This document shows positions 1 through 7,386 of a DNA stretch of 18,100 nt, one piece after another. Position numbers and translations under genes: made by a program. Every line of letters begins with the position of its first letter. Position 1 is the first letter of the stretch. The notes under the pieces are model-generated. The model ran no database searches and was not told the DNA's origin. It saw only the letters and a program-made list of their open reading frames with translations. The stretch covers positions 106,333 through 124,432 of the forward strand of contig JBBDYC010000003.1 of NCBI GenBank assembly GCA_040901985.1. The letters are read 5' to 3'. Source of the DNA: Gemmatimonadaceae bacterium. Lineage in GTDB: Bacteria > Gemmatimonadota > Gemmatimonadetes > Gemmatimonadales > Gemmatimonadaceae.

Positions 1-690
1 GGGGCGTCCGGCGCGCCGACGGTCGAGGAACTGTACTCACACGGGATGCACGCAGCGGCGGGGACCTACGACGTCGGCAACCCGGACTTGCGGGCGGAGA
101 CGAGCGTCGGTGCCGAGGCAATCGTGCGGGTCCGTGGCCCGCGCACCAGCGCCCAGATTGCAACCTACGTCAACCGGATCAGCGACTATGTCACGCCCGA
201 CATCGTCGGCGACACGCTGGTGGATGCCGAGCTGGTCCCGCTGAACCGATTCTCGCAAGCGGACGCCCAACTCAGCGGCGCCGAGGGGACCGTTGAGGTG
301 CACCTTGGCCGGTCGCTCGTCGCGAGCGTGATGGGCGACGTCGTGCGGGGCGCGTTCACCGCCGGGGGTGCGCTGCCGTTCATGCCGCCGGCGCGCCTCG
401 GCGCCGGGTTGCGCTGGGAGGACCGCGGGCGCTTCGTCTCCAGCGAGGCGCGGCACGGCTTTGCCCAGGACCGCGTGACGGGGGGCGACGTGGACGTCGC
501 CACCGACGCATACACCGTGGTCAACCTGAGCGCGGGACGGCAGTGGATCGTCGGCAACGTGCTCCACCAGGTGACGCTGCGCGCGGACAACGTGGAAAAC
601 GTGCGGTACTTCGACGCGGCCAGCCGGATCAAGCGGTTCGCCGCCAATCCGGGACGCAACATCACGCTCGTGTACCAGGTCCGGTTCTGA
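1..690 (+). CDS. TonB-dependent outer-membrane receptor, C-terminal barrel part (5' truncated by window)
   Basis: Frame is open from base 1 (GASGAPTVEELYSHGMHAAAGTYDVGNPDLRAETS). It has the 'APT-EELY...GNPDL-AE' TBDR motif, amphipathic beta strands, 'LPFMPPARLG', 'NV-NVRY', 'PGRN' and a terminal Phe (YQVRF*). The 'ELY..G.H' loop resembles ZnuD-like metal receptors. Confidence 0.9.
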   Translation, partial: GASGAPTVEELYSHGMHAAAGTYDVGNPDLRAETSVGAEAIVRVRGPRTSAQIATYVNRISDYVTPDIVGDTLVDAELVPLNRFSQADAQLSGAEGTVEVHLGRSLVASVMGDVVRGAFTAGGALPFMPPARLGAGLRWEDRGRFVSSEARHGFAQDRVTGGDVDVATDAYTVVNLSAGRQWIVGNVLHQVTLRADNVENVRYFDAASRIKRFAANPGRNITLVYQVRF

Positions 691-729
691 ACGCCCGCAG
701 CTTCCGAGTCGCGGTGGCCCTCCCGACGC

Positions 730-1956
730 TCAGCGCTGACGCCTGAGCCAGTCGGCGGGGTCCACCGCGCTCGCGCCGCGGGGCCGGATTTCGAAGTGCA
801 GCCGGGGCGGCATATCGGGGTCGGACTGGCCGACGGTGCCGATCACGTCGCCCTTGGCGACCTTCGCGCCCTTGCGCACGCGTAACTCGCCGAGCGAGGC
901 GTAGATCGAGTAGGCGCCGCCGCCGTGCTGCACCACGACCATCAGCCCGTAGGTGCCGGTCGGCTCGGCGACCACCACCTCGCCCTCGGCGACGACTTTC
1001 ACCGGCGTGCCGAGCGGCGCGCCGATGCCGATCCCGTTCCAGGTGATGTCGGTGCGATCGGGATTCACCACGCGGCCGAAGCTGTAGACCACCGTGCCCT
1101 CGACGGGCCAGTCGAGCCGTCCGATGCTGGCGGTGGTGAGCGAGCTCGCGGCGGGGGCCGCGCCGCCGCGGGACTCGGCGCGGCGCCGGGACTCCTCGAG
1201 TGCGGCAATCATATTCGTCAGGCGCCGTTCGTCCCGGGCAATCTGCGTGAGTCGGTCCTGGGCGCGGCGCGCCTGCGCCTCGAGCTGGGCCAGCGTGCGC
1301 CCGCGTTGGAGCTCGAGGCGTCGGAGCCGCGCCTCCTCGTCCACCTTCTGGCGGCGGTTGCCCTCCATATCCTCCTGCAGCCGCACGAGGAGGAGGCGCT
1401 GGGCGGCGATCTGGGCAGTCAGCGTCTCGACGCGCTGCAGCAACGCGCGGTCGCGCCGGACCACGAGGTGCAGGTACTTGTAGCGCGCCACGAGCGCGCC
1501 GAACGATTCGGCCGAGAGCAGCGCCTCGAGCGAGTAGAGCGGGCCGCGCTTGTAGATCTCGTGGACCCGGAAGCGGAGCGTCGCCCGCTTGATCAGCAGT
1601 TCGTCCTGCGACCGCACGAGACTCTCGTTCACGTTCTGCACCTCGGCGATCAGCGAACCGAGTTGCTGGTCGAGCGAGCGGACGACACGCGAGGTGGCGA
1701 GCGCCTGGCGCTCGAGGTTTTGGCGCTCGGCAGCGACGTTGCGGGCGCTCGTCTGCATCTCGCGCATCCGCGTCTCGAGTTGCAGGCGCTCGGCGCGGAG
1801 CTTTTCCAGTTCGAGCTGCTCCTGTCGCAGCCGCTCGGCCGCCTGCTGTGCCGACGGGGGAAGCGCCGGGGTCTGCGCGGCGAGCGCGGAACGCGCCGCC
1901 GGTGCGAGGAGCGCGGCCGCCAGCGCAAGGAGCGGGGCGTATGCGGCGCGTCGCAC
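730..1956 (-). CDS. envC: Murein hydrolase activator EnvC-like protein (signal peptide, long coiled coil, degenerate M23/LytM domain)
   Basis: Likely GTG start at 1956, 2 nt after the ftsX stop, giving a signal peptide (MRRAAYAPLLALAAALLAPAARSALA). Heptad coiled coil follows, then 'LDWPVEG..FG', 'WNGIGI', 'YASL', 'LHFEIR', 'VDP..WL'. Zn ligands of the HxxxD motif are lost, as in EnvC. Directly follows ftsEX. Confidence 0.88.
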   Translation of the reverse strand: MRRAAYAPLLALAAALLAPAARSALAAQTPALPPSAQQAAERLRQEQLELEKLRAERLQLETRMREMQTSARNVAAERQNLERQALATSRVVRSLDQQLGSLIAEVQNVNESLVRSQDELLIKRATLRFRVHEIYKRGPLYSLEALLSAESFGALVARYKYLHLVVRRDRALLQRVETLTAQIAAQRLLLVRLQEDMEGNRRQKVDEEARLRRLELQRGRTLAQLEAQARRAQDRLTQIARDERRLTNMIAALEESRRRAESRGGAAPAASSLTTASIGRLDWPVEGTVVYSFGRVVNPDRTDITWNGIGIGAPLGTPVKVVAEGEVVVAEPTGTYGLMVVVQHGGGAYSIYASLGELRVRKGAKVAKGDVIGTVGQSDPDMPPRLHFEIRPRGASAVDPADWLRRQR

Positions 1957-1958
1957 GG

Positions 1959-2807
1959 TCAGACCTTCTTGAGGTGGCGTCCCACCGACACCGCGCTGGC
2001 GACCACGCCGAGCGCCGCACCGGCCGCGACGCCGGCAAGCGCCAGCCACTCCTCGAAGAAGGTCGTCTGGAGCACGTAGCGGCCCACCGTGTGGTAGGCC
2101 AGGTAGGTCAGGCCGAGGGCGAGGATGCCGCCGAGCAGCCCCTTGATGAGCCCCTCGATCAGGAACGGTGCGCGGATGAATCCGTCGGTGGCGCCGACGA
2201 GCCGCATGATGTGGATCTCGCGGCTCCGCGCCAACACCGCCATCCGGATCGTCGAGCCGATGATGATCACCGCCACGAGCGCAAAGGTCACGCCGAGCAT
2301 GATCCCCGCCGCGGTCGCGATGTTGCGGAGCCGGTAGAGTTTCTCGACCCACTCCTCGCCGTAGCGCACGTCGTCCACGAAGTCGTACATCTCGAGGCGT
2401 CCCGCCACCGTGCGGACCGTCCCCGGGTCGCGAAAGCCGGGGCGCATCCGGACCTCGATGCTCGCCGGCAGGATCCCCGCCTCGAAGACGTCCTCGAACT
2501 CCCCGAGTTCGCGGCGGGCGCGTTCGAGCGCCTGGGTCTCGGTGACGAGGCGCACCGTCTCCACCTCGGGGAAGATGGCGATATCCCCGACGGCGGTGCT
2601 CGTCGCCTCGGGCGGCGTCCCCTGCGCGATGAAGGCGCGGACCTCCACCCGGTCCTCCACCAGCCGCAACGCGGCGCGGAGGTTCACCGCGACGAGCCCG
2701 AACAGGCCGAACGCGAAGAGCGAGAAGGCGATTGTCGTGACGCTGAGCCCGCTGAGGACCGGCGCGCGCTCGAACGAGCGGAAGGCCTCCCGGATGGCGA
2801 GGTTCAC
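1959..2807 (-). CDS. ftsX: Cell division ABC permease FtsX
   Basis: Four hydrophobic TM segments, a periplasmic loop with 'LPASIEV', and the 'TIRMAVLARSREIHIMRLVGATDGFIRAPFLIEG' FtsX signature. GTGA overlap with ftsE. Confidence 0.95.
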   Translation of the reverse strand: MNLAIREAFRSFERAPVLSGLSVTTIAFSLFAFGLFGLVAVNLRAALRLVEDRVEVRAFIAQGTPPEATSTAVGDIAIFPEVETVRLVTETQALERARRELGEFEDVFEAGILPASIEVRMRPGFRDPGTVRTVAGRLEMYDFVDDVRYGEEWVEKLYRLRNIATAAGIMLGVTFALVAVIIIGSTIRMAVLARSREIHIMRLVGATDGFIRAPFLIEGLIKGLLGGILALGLTYLAYHTVGRYVLQTTFFEEWLALAGVAAGAALGVVASAVSVGRHLKKV

Positions 2808-3490
2808 GCGCCTTCTCCGGGGTCGGGTGCCGCCGAATCGAAGACCAGGTGCCCCTTGTTCAGCTCGAGGCCCCGCAGGCCGGTGTCGCGGACGAGATTC
2901 ATGTCGTGGGTCGCCATCAGGACGGCCGTCCCCGACGCATTGATCTCCTTGAGCAGCTGGAAGATTCCCCGCGACGCGCGGTCGTCGAGGTTCCCCGTCG
3001 GTTCGTCGGCGAGGAGGACGAGCGGGTCGTTCACCAGCGCCCGGGCGATGCCCACCCGCTGCTGCTCGCCGCCCGAGAGCTCGTGCGGGAACGCCGTGGC
3101 CTTCGAGGCAAGCCCGACCTGCGTGAGCACCCGCGCCACGCGCGTCCCGATGTTCGTGCCCGGGACCCCGGTCACTTCGAGGGCAAACGCCACGTTCTGC
3201 TCGGCGGTGCGGTCCTCGAGCAGCCGGAAGTCCTGGAAGACGACGCCAATCCGGCGACGCAGCCGCGGGATCTCGTCGCGGGTCAGCGTCACCGAGCTCT
3301 TGCCGTCCACGCGCACCTCGCCCGACGTCGGGCGCTGGTCCACATAGATCAGCTTCAGGATCGTGCTCTTGCCGGCGCCGCTCGGCCCGGTGAGGAAGGC
3401 AAACTCCCCGCGCCGCAGATGGAACGAGATGTTCTCGAGGGCCGGCCCGCCGCGCTGGTACTGCTTGTAGACCTTGGTGAAGCGGATCAT
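2804..3490 (-). CDS. ftsE: Cell division ATP-binding protein FtsE
   Basis: Walker A GPSGAGKST, 'IPRLRRRIGVVFQDFRLL', LSGGEQQR signature, LLADEPTGNLD and 'MATHD'. Immediately upstream of ftsX. Confidence 0.96.
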   Translation of the reverse strand: MIRFTKVYKQYQRGGPALENISFHLRRGEFAFLTGPSGAGKSTILKLIYVDQRPTSGEVRVDGKSSVTLTRDEIPRLRRRIGVVFQDFRLLEDRTAEQNVAFALEVTGVPGTNIGTRVARVLTQVGLASKATAFPHELSGGEQQRVGIARALVNDPLVLLADEPTGNLDDRASRGIFQLLKEINASGTAVLMATHDMNLVRDTGLRGLELNKGHLVFDSAAPDPGEGA

Positions 3491-3494
3491 CGGG

Positions 3495-4658
3495 TCACTG
3501 GAGGGCCTGCTCGAGGTCGGCGATCAGATCGTCGGCATCCTCGAGGCCGATGCTGAAGCGCAGGAACCCGTCGGGGATTCCCAGCTTGGCGCGCTCGGCG
3601 GCGGTCATCTTTGCGTGCGAGGTATGGCGCGGCTCGCTGACGAGCGTGTCCACGCCGCCGAGACTCGGCGCGTGAGTGACGAGTTTGAGGCGACGCAGGA
3701 AACGGTCGGCCGCGCGGCCACCGCCCTTGAGCTCGAGCGCGAGCATTCCGCCGAAGCCGTCGAGCGTCTCCCTGGCCACGTCGTGGTCGGGGTGCGACGG
3801 CAGGCCAGGGTAGTGCACCGTGGCAATCGCTGGCTGCGCGTCGGCCCAGTGCGCGATCGTCGTCGCCGTGGCGTTGGAACGCTTCACCCGTACATCGAGC
3901 GTCTTCAGCCCGCGCTCGAGCAGCCAGAGCGCGAACGGGTCGGGGGTCTGGCCCCAGACCATCTCCTTCTGGAGGACCTCCTCGATGTACGACTCCGAGC
4001 CGGCGACGACGCCGGCGAGGATGTCGTGGTGGCCGTTGAGGTACTTGGTCGCCGAGTGGATCACGACGTCGGCGCCGGCCTCGATCGGACGGAAGTTCAC
4101 CGGGCTGGCGAAGGTGGAGTCCACGACCAGCGCGATTCCCCGGTCCTGCGTCAGGTACGCGATCGGCCGCAGGTCGAGCACGCGGCAGGTCGGGTTCACC
4201 GGCGTCTCGACGAAGATCGCGCGGGTCTCCTTCTTGACCGCCTTGCGCCAGACGTGCGACTCCCAGGGATCCACCAGCGTGACCTTGATCCCCTGACCGA
4301 CGAACTCGTCCATCAGCAGGCGATGGGTGCCGCCGTAGATGTAGCGCGAGGCGACGAGATGGTCGCCGGGCCGAAGGAGCGCGAGGAGCGCGCAGGCGGT
4401 GGCGCCCATTCCACTCGAGAGCACGAGCGAGGCCTCGGCGCCCTCGAGCAGCGCCAGCCGCTTCTGGACCCGCACCGCGTTGGGGGTGTTGCCGTACCGC
4501 GTGTAGAGGAGCCCCTTGGCGGTGCCGAACGCGTTCTGGTGGTTGACCGACTGGACCAGCGGTTCGACCACCGGGTCGCCGGCGCGATGCGGCTCACGGC
4601 CGCCGTGGATGGCGAGCGTGGAGAGGGCGAGCGGGCGCGGGGACTTGGAGGACGGCAT
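3495..4658 (-). CDS. Cys/Met-metabolism PLP-dependent enzyme (cystathionine gamma-lyase/synthase or methionine gamma-lyase family)
   Basis: 'YTRYGN', 'SSGMGA', 'IYGGT', 'ETPVNP', 'VVDSTFASP', PLP lysine in 'HSATKYLNGHHD', 'SLGGVDTL', 'RFSIGLED'. Exact substrate cannot be determined from the sequence. Confidence 0.92.
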   Translation of the reverse strand: MPSSKSPRPLALSTLAIHGGREPHRAGDPVVEPLVQSVNHQNAFGTAKGLLYTRYGNTPNAVRVQKRLALLEGAEASLVLSSGMGATACALLALLRPGDHLVASRYIYGGTHRLLMDEFVGQGIKVTLVDPWESHVWRKAVKKETRAIFVETPVNPTCRVLDLRPIAYLTQDRGIALVVDSTFASPVNFRPIEAGADVVIHSATKYLNGHHDILAGVVAGSESYIEEVLQKEMVWGQTPDPFALWLLERGLKTLDVRVKRSNATATTIAHWADAQPAIATVHYPGLPSHPDHDVARETLDGFGGMLALELKGGGRAADRFLRRLKLVTHAPSLGGVDTLVSEPRHTSHAKMTAAERAKLGIPDGFLRFSIGLEDADDLIADLEQALQ

Positions 4659-4674
4659 ATCGCGGGCTCCGCGC

Positions 4675-4980
4675 TCAGGCGAGCTTCGTGGTGAGTACCG
4701 GGCGGTGTTCGATATCCATCTTCACGAGGCGGATGATCTCGGTGACGGCAAGTCCGGCGATGTCGCGGACGACGACGCCGCCCTTCGGCAACGTCTCGTC
4801 GTACACCACCGGCGCGAGTTCGTGGCGCCGCGGGCCGTAGACCCAAACGAGTTCACCGTCCCCCACGAGTCGGCGAGTCGCGTCATCCGGGCGGACACGG
4901 ACCAGCGGCCCGCGCTCGGCGTCGCCGCGCTTGGTGGCGATGAATCCGACGACTTGGAGCGGCGCAAGGGCGCGGCTCAT
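4675..4980 (-). CDS. Small stand-alone double-psi beta-barrel protein (CDC48/VAT-N or molybdopterin-dinucleotide-binding-domain-like)
   Basis: 101 aa. The pattern 'RGDAERG-LVRVRPDDA..RLVGDGELVWVYGPRR...A.V.YD...KG.VVV' follows the DPBB pattern ('+.P.DA..LG+.DGD.V.+...RG'). ATG overlaps the upstream stop (TGATG, 4978-4982). Confidence 0.75.
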   Translation of the reverse strand: MSRALAPLQVVGFIATKRGDAERGPLVRVRPDDATRRLVGDGELVWVYGPRRHELAPVVYDETLPKGGVVVRDIAGLAVTEIIRLVKMDIEHRPVLTTKLA

Positions 4981-5531
4981 CAGGCGGCCGCCCCGAGCGG
5001 CGCGAAGAGGTCGTGGTCGTGCCGGAGCAGGCGCTTGCGCGCGAGGCTCTCGAGCTGCGACCGGCAGTCGTCGCAGGGGAGCCCGGCGCGCTCGGCCACC
5101 TGCTCGGCCGGCGCCGGCCCGCCGTGCATCACGAGATCCCAGAGCCGGCGCTCCGACTCCGACACCGCGCCCACCAGACGCGTCGTGCCGTCGGGGAACT
5201 GCACCACCAGCGCCAACCCGTGTGCCTCGAGCGCACTCTCAATCGCATCAACGTGCATCTCCGAGACGCCGTGGAAGACCACGTACCCGTCGCGCGACGG
5301 GTGGTCGTTCGTCAGCGGGAGCATCAGCTTGGCGATGAACTCGTCGGCGCAGGAGTGGTCGAGAATCCCGATATGCGAGAAGTCGAGGAAGGCGACGGTG
5401 CCGTCGGCGAGGCCGGCCAGCTGCCGTTCGATGACCGTGCGCACCGCCGCGCCGGTGCGGCGGGTGACGAGGTCGGAGTAGCCGCCGGCCACCGAGGCGT
5501 CGAGCGCGGACCGCACGTCAATGTGGGTCAC
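4980..5531 (-). CDS. STAS-like (DUF4325-type) domain fused to a C-terminal winged helix-turn-helix
   Basis: Likely GTG start at 5531 (GTGA overlap with the upstream stop), 183 aa. N-terminal 'LVTRRTGAAVR...FLDFSHIGILDHSCADEFI' is STAS-like. C-terminal 'ERRLWDLVMHGGPAPAEQVAERAGLPCDDCRSQLESLARKRLL' is wHTH-like. The longer 5' extension in the ORF track overlaps the upstream gene. Confidence 0.72.
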   Translation of the reverse strand: MTHIDVRSALDASVAGGYSDLVTRRTGAAVRTVIERQLAGLADGTVAFLDFSHIGILDHSCADEFIAKLMLPLTNDHPSRDGYVVFHGVSEMHVDAIESALEAHGLALVVQFPDGTTRLVGAVSESERRLWDLVMHGGPAPAEQVAERAGLPCDDCRSQLESLARKRLLRHDHDLFAPLGAAA

Positions 5532-6421
5532 GGTGCCGGCACCCGCTTGGGGATCATGATCTGCAACTGCGCGCCGGCGAACGGCGTCAGGTCGTCGCGG
5601 CGCGGCACGTCCTGCTCCCAATCGGGGAGGCTCGCCACGATGCGCGACGTGCCGGAGCGCACGGAGAGCTTGCCGTTGAACCGGTGGACGTAGCCGCGGA
5701 TCCCCTTGAGCCCCTGGCCGCGGCCGGGGTCGGTGAACCGGCTCACGCCCTGCATCACGCCGCTCTCCAGCGCCTCGCCGTCCGTCCACCGCGAGGCGAG
5801 CGCGCGGGTGCGGCTCGTCTCGAGCGACTTGCGGAATCCCTGCCCGGCGTCGCAGACGGCAATCTGCACCACGTCGCGTCCGGCGCGGCGCTTGCTCCAG
5901 TCGTACCGTTGGACCATCACCCACCCGCCGCGCCCCGCGTGCTCGACGATGTTCTGGCAGGCCTCGGACAGCGTCATCGTGAAGCCCATCGTTGAGCGCG
6001 GCTCGAGGTCGAGCGTCGTGGTGAGGATGTGCGTCGCGCGGTCCTTCACCCGATCCACCACCGCGTGGACGTCCTCGCTGCGCGCGATCGGCGTCACTTC
6101 GAGGACGGTGTCGGAGTCCTTTGTGTTGCGGGGGCGGGGGACGCTCCCGCGGATGCCGTAGAGCTCCTCGGCATAGCGGTAGAAGGCCGAGCGGGCCCAG
6201 TAGGAGGCAACGTTGTCGTCCTCCGGCGGCGCGAAGTCGGGCTTCTCGACGCGCGTCTGGGCCAGGCAGAGCAGGGCGGTGAGGCCGTACGGGGTGGCAA
6301 AGCGCGTATGCCGCGCGTCCACGAGCAGCTTCGCGTCCTCAGGGTGCGCCGCCAGCTGCTCGAGCACCTGCTCGAACGTGTACTCGTCCAGCGTGGCGGG
6401 CACGGTGATGACGGCGGTCAC
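5528..6421 (-). CDS. STAS-like domain plus GHKL (HATPase_c) ATPase/kinase of anti-sigma-kinase type
   Basis: N-box 'LSEACQNIVEHAG', G1 'VCDAGQGF', G2 'GRGQGL', 'LSVRSG', final strand 'GAQLQIMIP'. No DHp/H-box and no TM segment. N-terminus 'LLVDARHTRFATPYGLTALL' resembles a STAS core. GTG start overlaps the pfkB stop. Confidence 0.82.
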   Translation of the reverse strand: MTAVITVPATLDEYTFEQVLEQLAAHPEDAKLLVDARHTRFATPYGLTALLCLAQTRVEKPDFAPPEDDNVASYWARSAFYRYAEELYGIRGSVPRPRNTKDSDTVLEVTPIARSEDVHAVVDRVKDRATHILTTTLDLEPRSTMGFTMTLSEACQNIVEHAGRGGWVMVQRYDWSKRRAGRDVVQIAVCDAGQGFRKSLETSRTRALASRWTDGEALESGVMQGVSRFTDPGRGQGLKGIRGYVHRFNGKLSVRSGTSRIVASLPDWEQDVPRRDDLTPFAGAQLQIMIPKRVPAP

Positions 6422-7386
6422 AGCGGGTGCAATTCTCCGCGAAGGTGATGGGCGAGGCCGGTGGCGCCCCGGTGTTCGACGTTCCGCGCGGCGGCGTCAC
6501 AGGCAGCCCGCATCGCCACCGACAATGTATCACCCGCGACGAGGCGTGAGAAATAGGTCGCGCCCCAGACGTCGCCGCAGCCGGTCGGATCGCCCGGTCC
6601 GTCCGCGCGCGCCGGCGTCGCCGGCACCAGCGCGGTGCGGAGCGGCCGGCCGACGCCGGCGTCCTCGAAATAGACGACGCCCCTCCGGCCCAGCGTCACG
6701 AAGAGCGTGTGCACGCCGGCGGCCATCGCCGTCGCCGCGAGCGCGAGGCCGTCCGGCGCCAGCATCTGCAGTTCGTCCTCGTTGACCTGCAGGTGGTCGA
6801 AGCAGGCACACCAGGCCGCCACCTCGGGCAGCGGGCGGTAGGTGCGCAGGCCCGACGGCTCGAGCGCCACCACGAGGGAGTGCAGGTCGCCGTAGATTGG
6901 GCCCTTGAATTGTTGCCGAACGAGTTGGGCGGTCTCGAGGTCGAGCTCGAAGCCGCTGGTGAAGTTGATGTAGAGGGCGTCGAGGTCGCGGAGGAGAGGC
7001 TGGAGGCCCGCCCAACTCCACCCCGGCACGCCGCCCGTGAGAACCTCGCTCCGGCGCTCGTCGGTGTGGTAGCGCAGCTCGACGCGATTGTTGCGGTAGG
7101 GTACCTCGATCGGCGCCGCGTCGGCGGCGACGCGGCGCAGCGACCGCAGGAACTCGCGCGCCTGCGGGGCGAGGTCGCTCCCCACCTTCACCAGCGGCAC
7201 GAGCTCCCAGTCGTCGCCGAGCGCGGCGTCGCCGGCGCTCAGCGCGTAGGCAATCCCGCCCCACTCCTCGATCGGCGCGTCGCGGACGTCGCGGCCGTGG
7301 ATCACGTCCCAGACGAAGGTGCCGATCACGCCGAGGCGCTTCCTCGGCGCCGGCCGCGTCGCGCGCGCCGGTCCCGCCGCGCTCAC
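6418..7386 (-). CDS. PfkB/ribokinase-family carbohydrate kinase
   Basis: 'GVIGTFVWD', 'WGGIAY', 'VKVGSD', 'QVNEDE', 'VTLGRRG' and anion-hole motif 'DPTGCGD'. GTG start overlaps the ROK stop (GTGA, 7383-7386). Confidence 0.85.
   Translation of the reverse strand: MSAAGPARATRPAPRKRLGVIGTFVWDVIHGRDVRDAPIEEWGGIAYALSAGDAALGDDWELVPLVKVGSDLAPQAREFLRSLRRVAADAAPIEVPYRNNRVELRYHTDERRSEVLTGGVPGWSWAGLQPLLRDLDALYINFTSGFELDLETAQLVRQQFKGPIYGDLHSLVVALEPSGLRTYRPLPEVAAWCACFDHLQVNEDELQMLAPDGLALAATAMAAGVHTLFVTLGRRGVVYFEDAGVGRPLRTALVPATPARADGPGDPTGCGDVWGATYFSRLVAGDTLSVAMRAACDAAARNVEHRGATGLAHHLRGELHPL
6524..6552 (-). promoter_or_regulatory. Putative internal sigma70-type promoter upstream of the STAS-GHKL gene
   Basis: Minus strand reads TTCTCA (6552-6547), a 17-nt spacer ending in TGA, then TACATT (6529-6524), i.e. 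-35 plus extended -10. It lies in a locally AT-richer patch about 100 nt upstream of the start at 6421. Confidence 0.5.

Noticed and set aside
691..729. Terminator between the convergent TBDR and envC genes
   Set aside because: No convincing stem-loop with a U-tract on either strand.
730..1110. Missing zinc ligands in the M23 domain, suggesting a pseudogene or novel enzyme
   Set aside because: A degenerate LytM site is the normal state of EnvC-type amidase activators, and the frame is intact.
662..3556. Long alternative-frame and antisense ORFs (662..2038, 925..2079, 1848..3347, 2849..3556) and the 5' extension of envC to 2352
   Set aside because: Arg/Ala/Pro-rich shadow ORFs typical of high-GC DNA. 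They overlap well-supported ftsE/ftsX/envC and carry no motifs.
5532..5924. N-terminal 131 aa of ORF 4980..5924
   Set aside because: Overlaps the GHKL gene in another frame and is low-complexity. The GTGA-coupled start at 5531 is far more plausible.
4980..6421. Reading the ATPase/STAS pair as an anti-phage defence or toxin system
   Set aside because: No nuclease, PRTase or toxin effector, no mobility genes and no obvious compositional anomaly. It is embedded among housekeeping genes. Not fully excluded.
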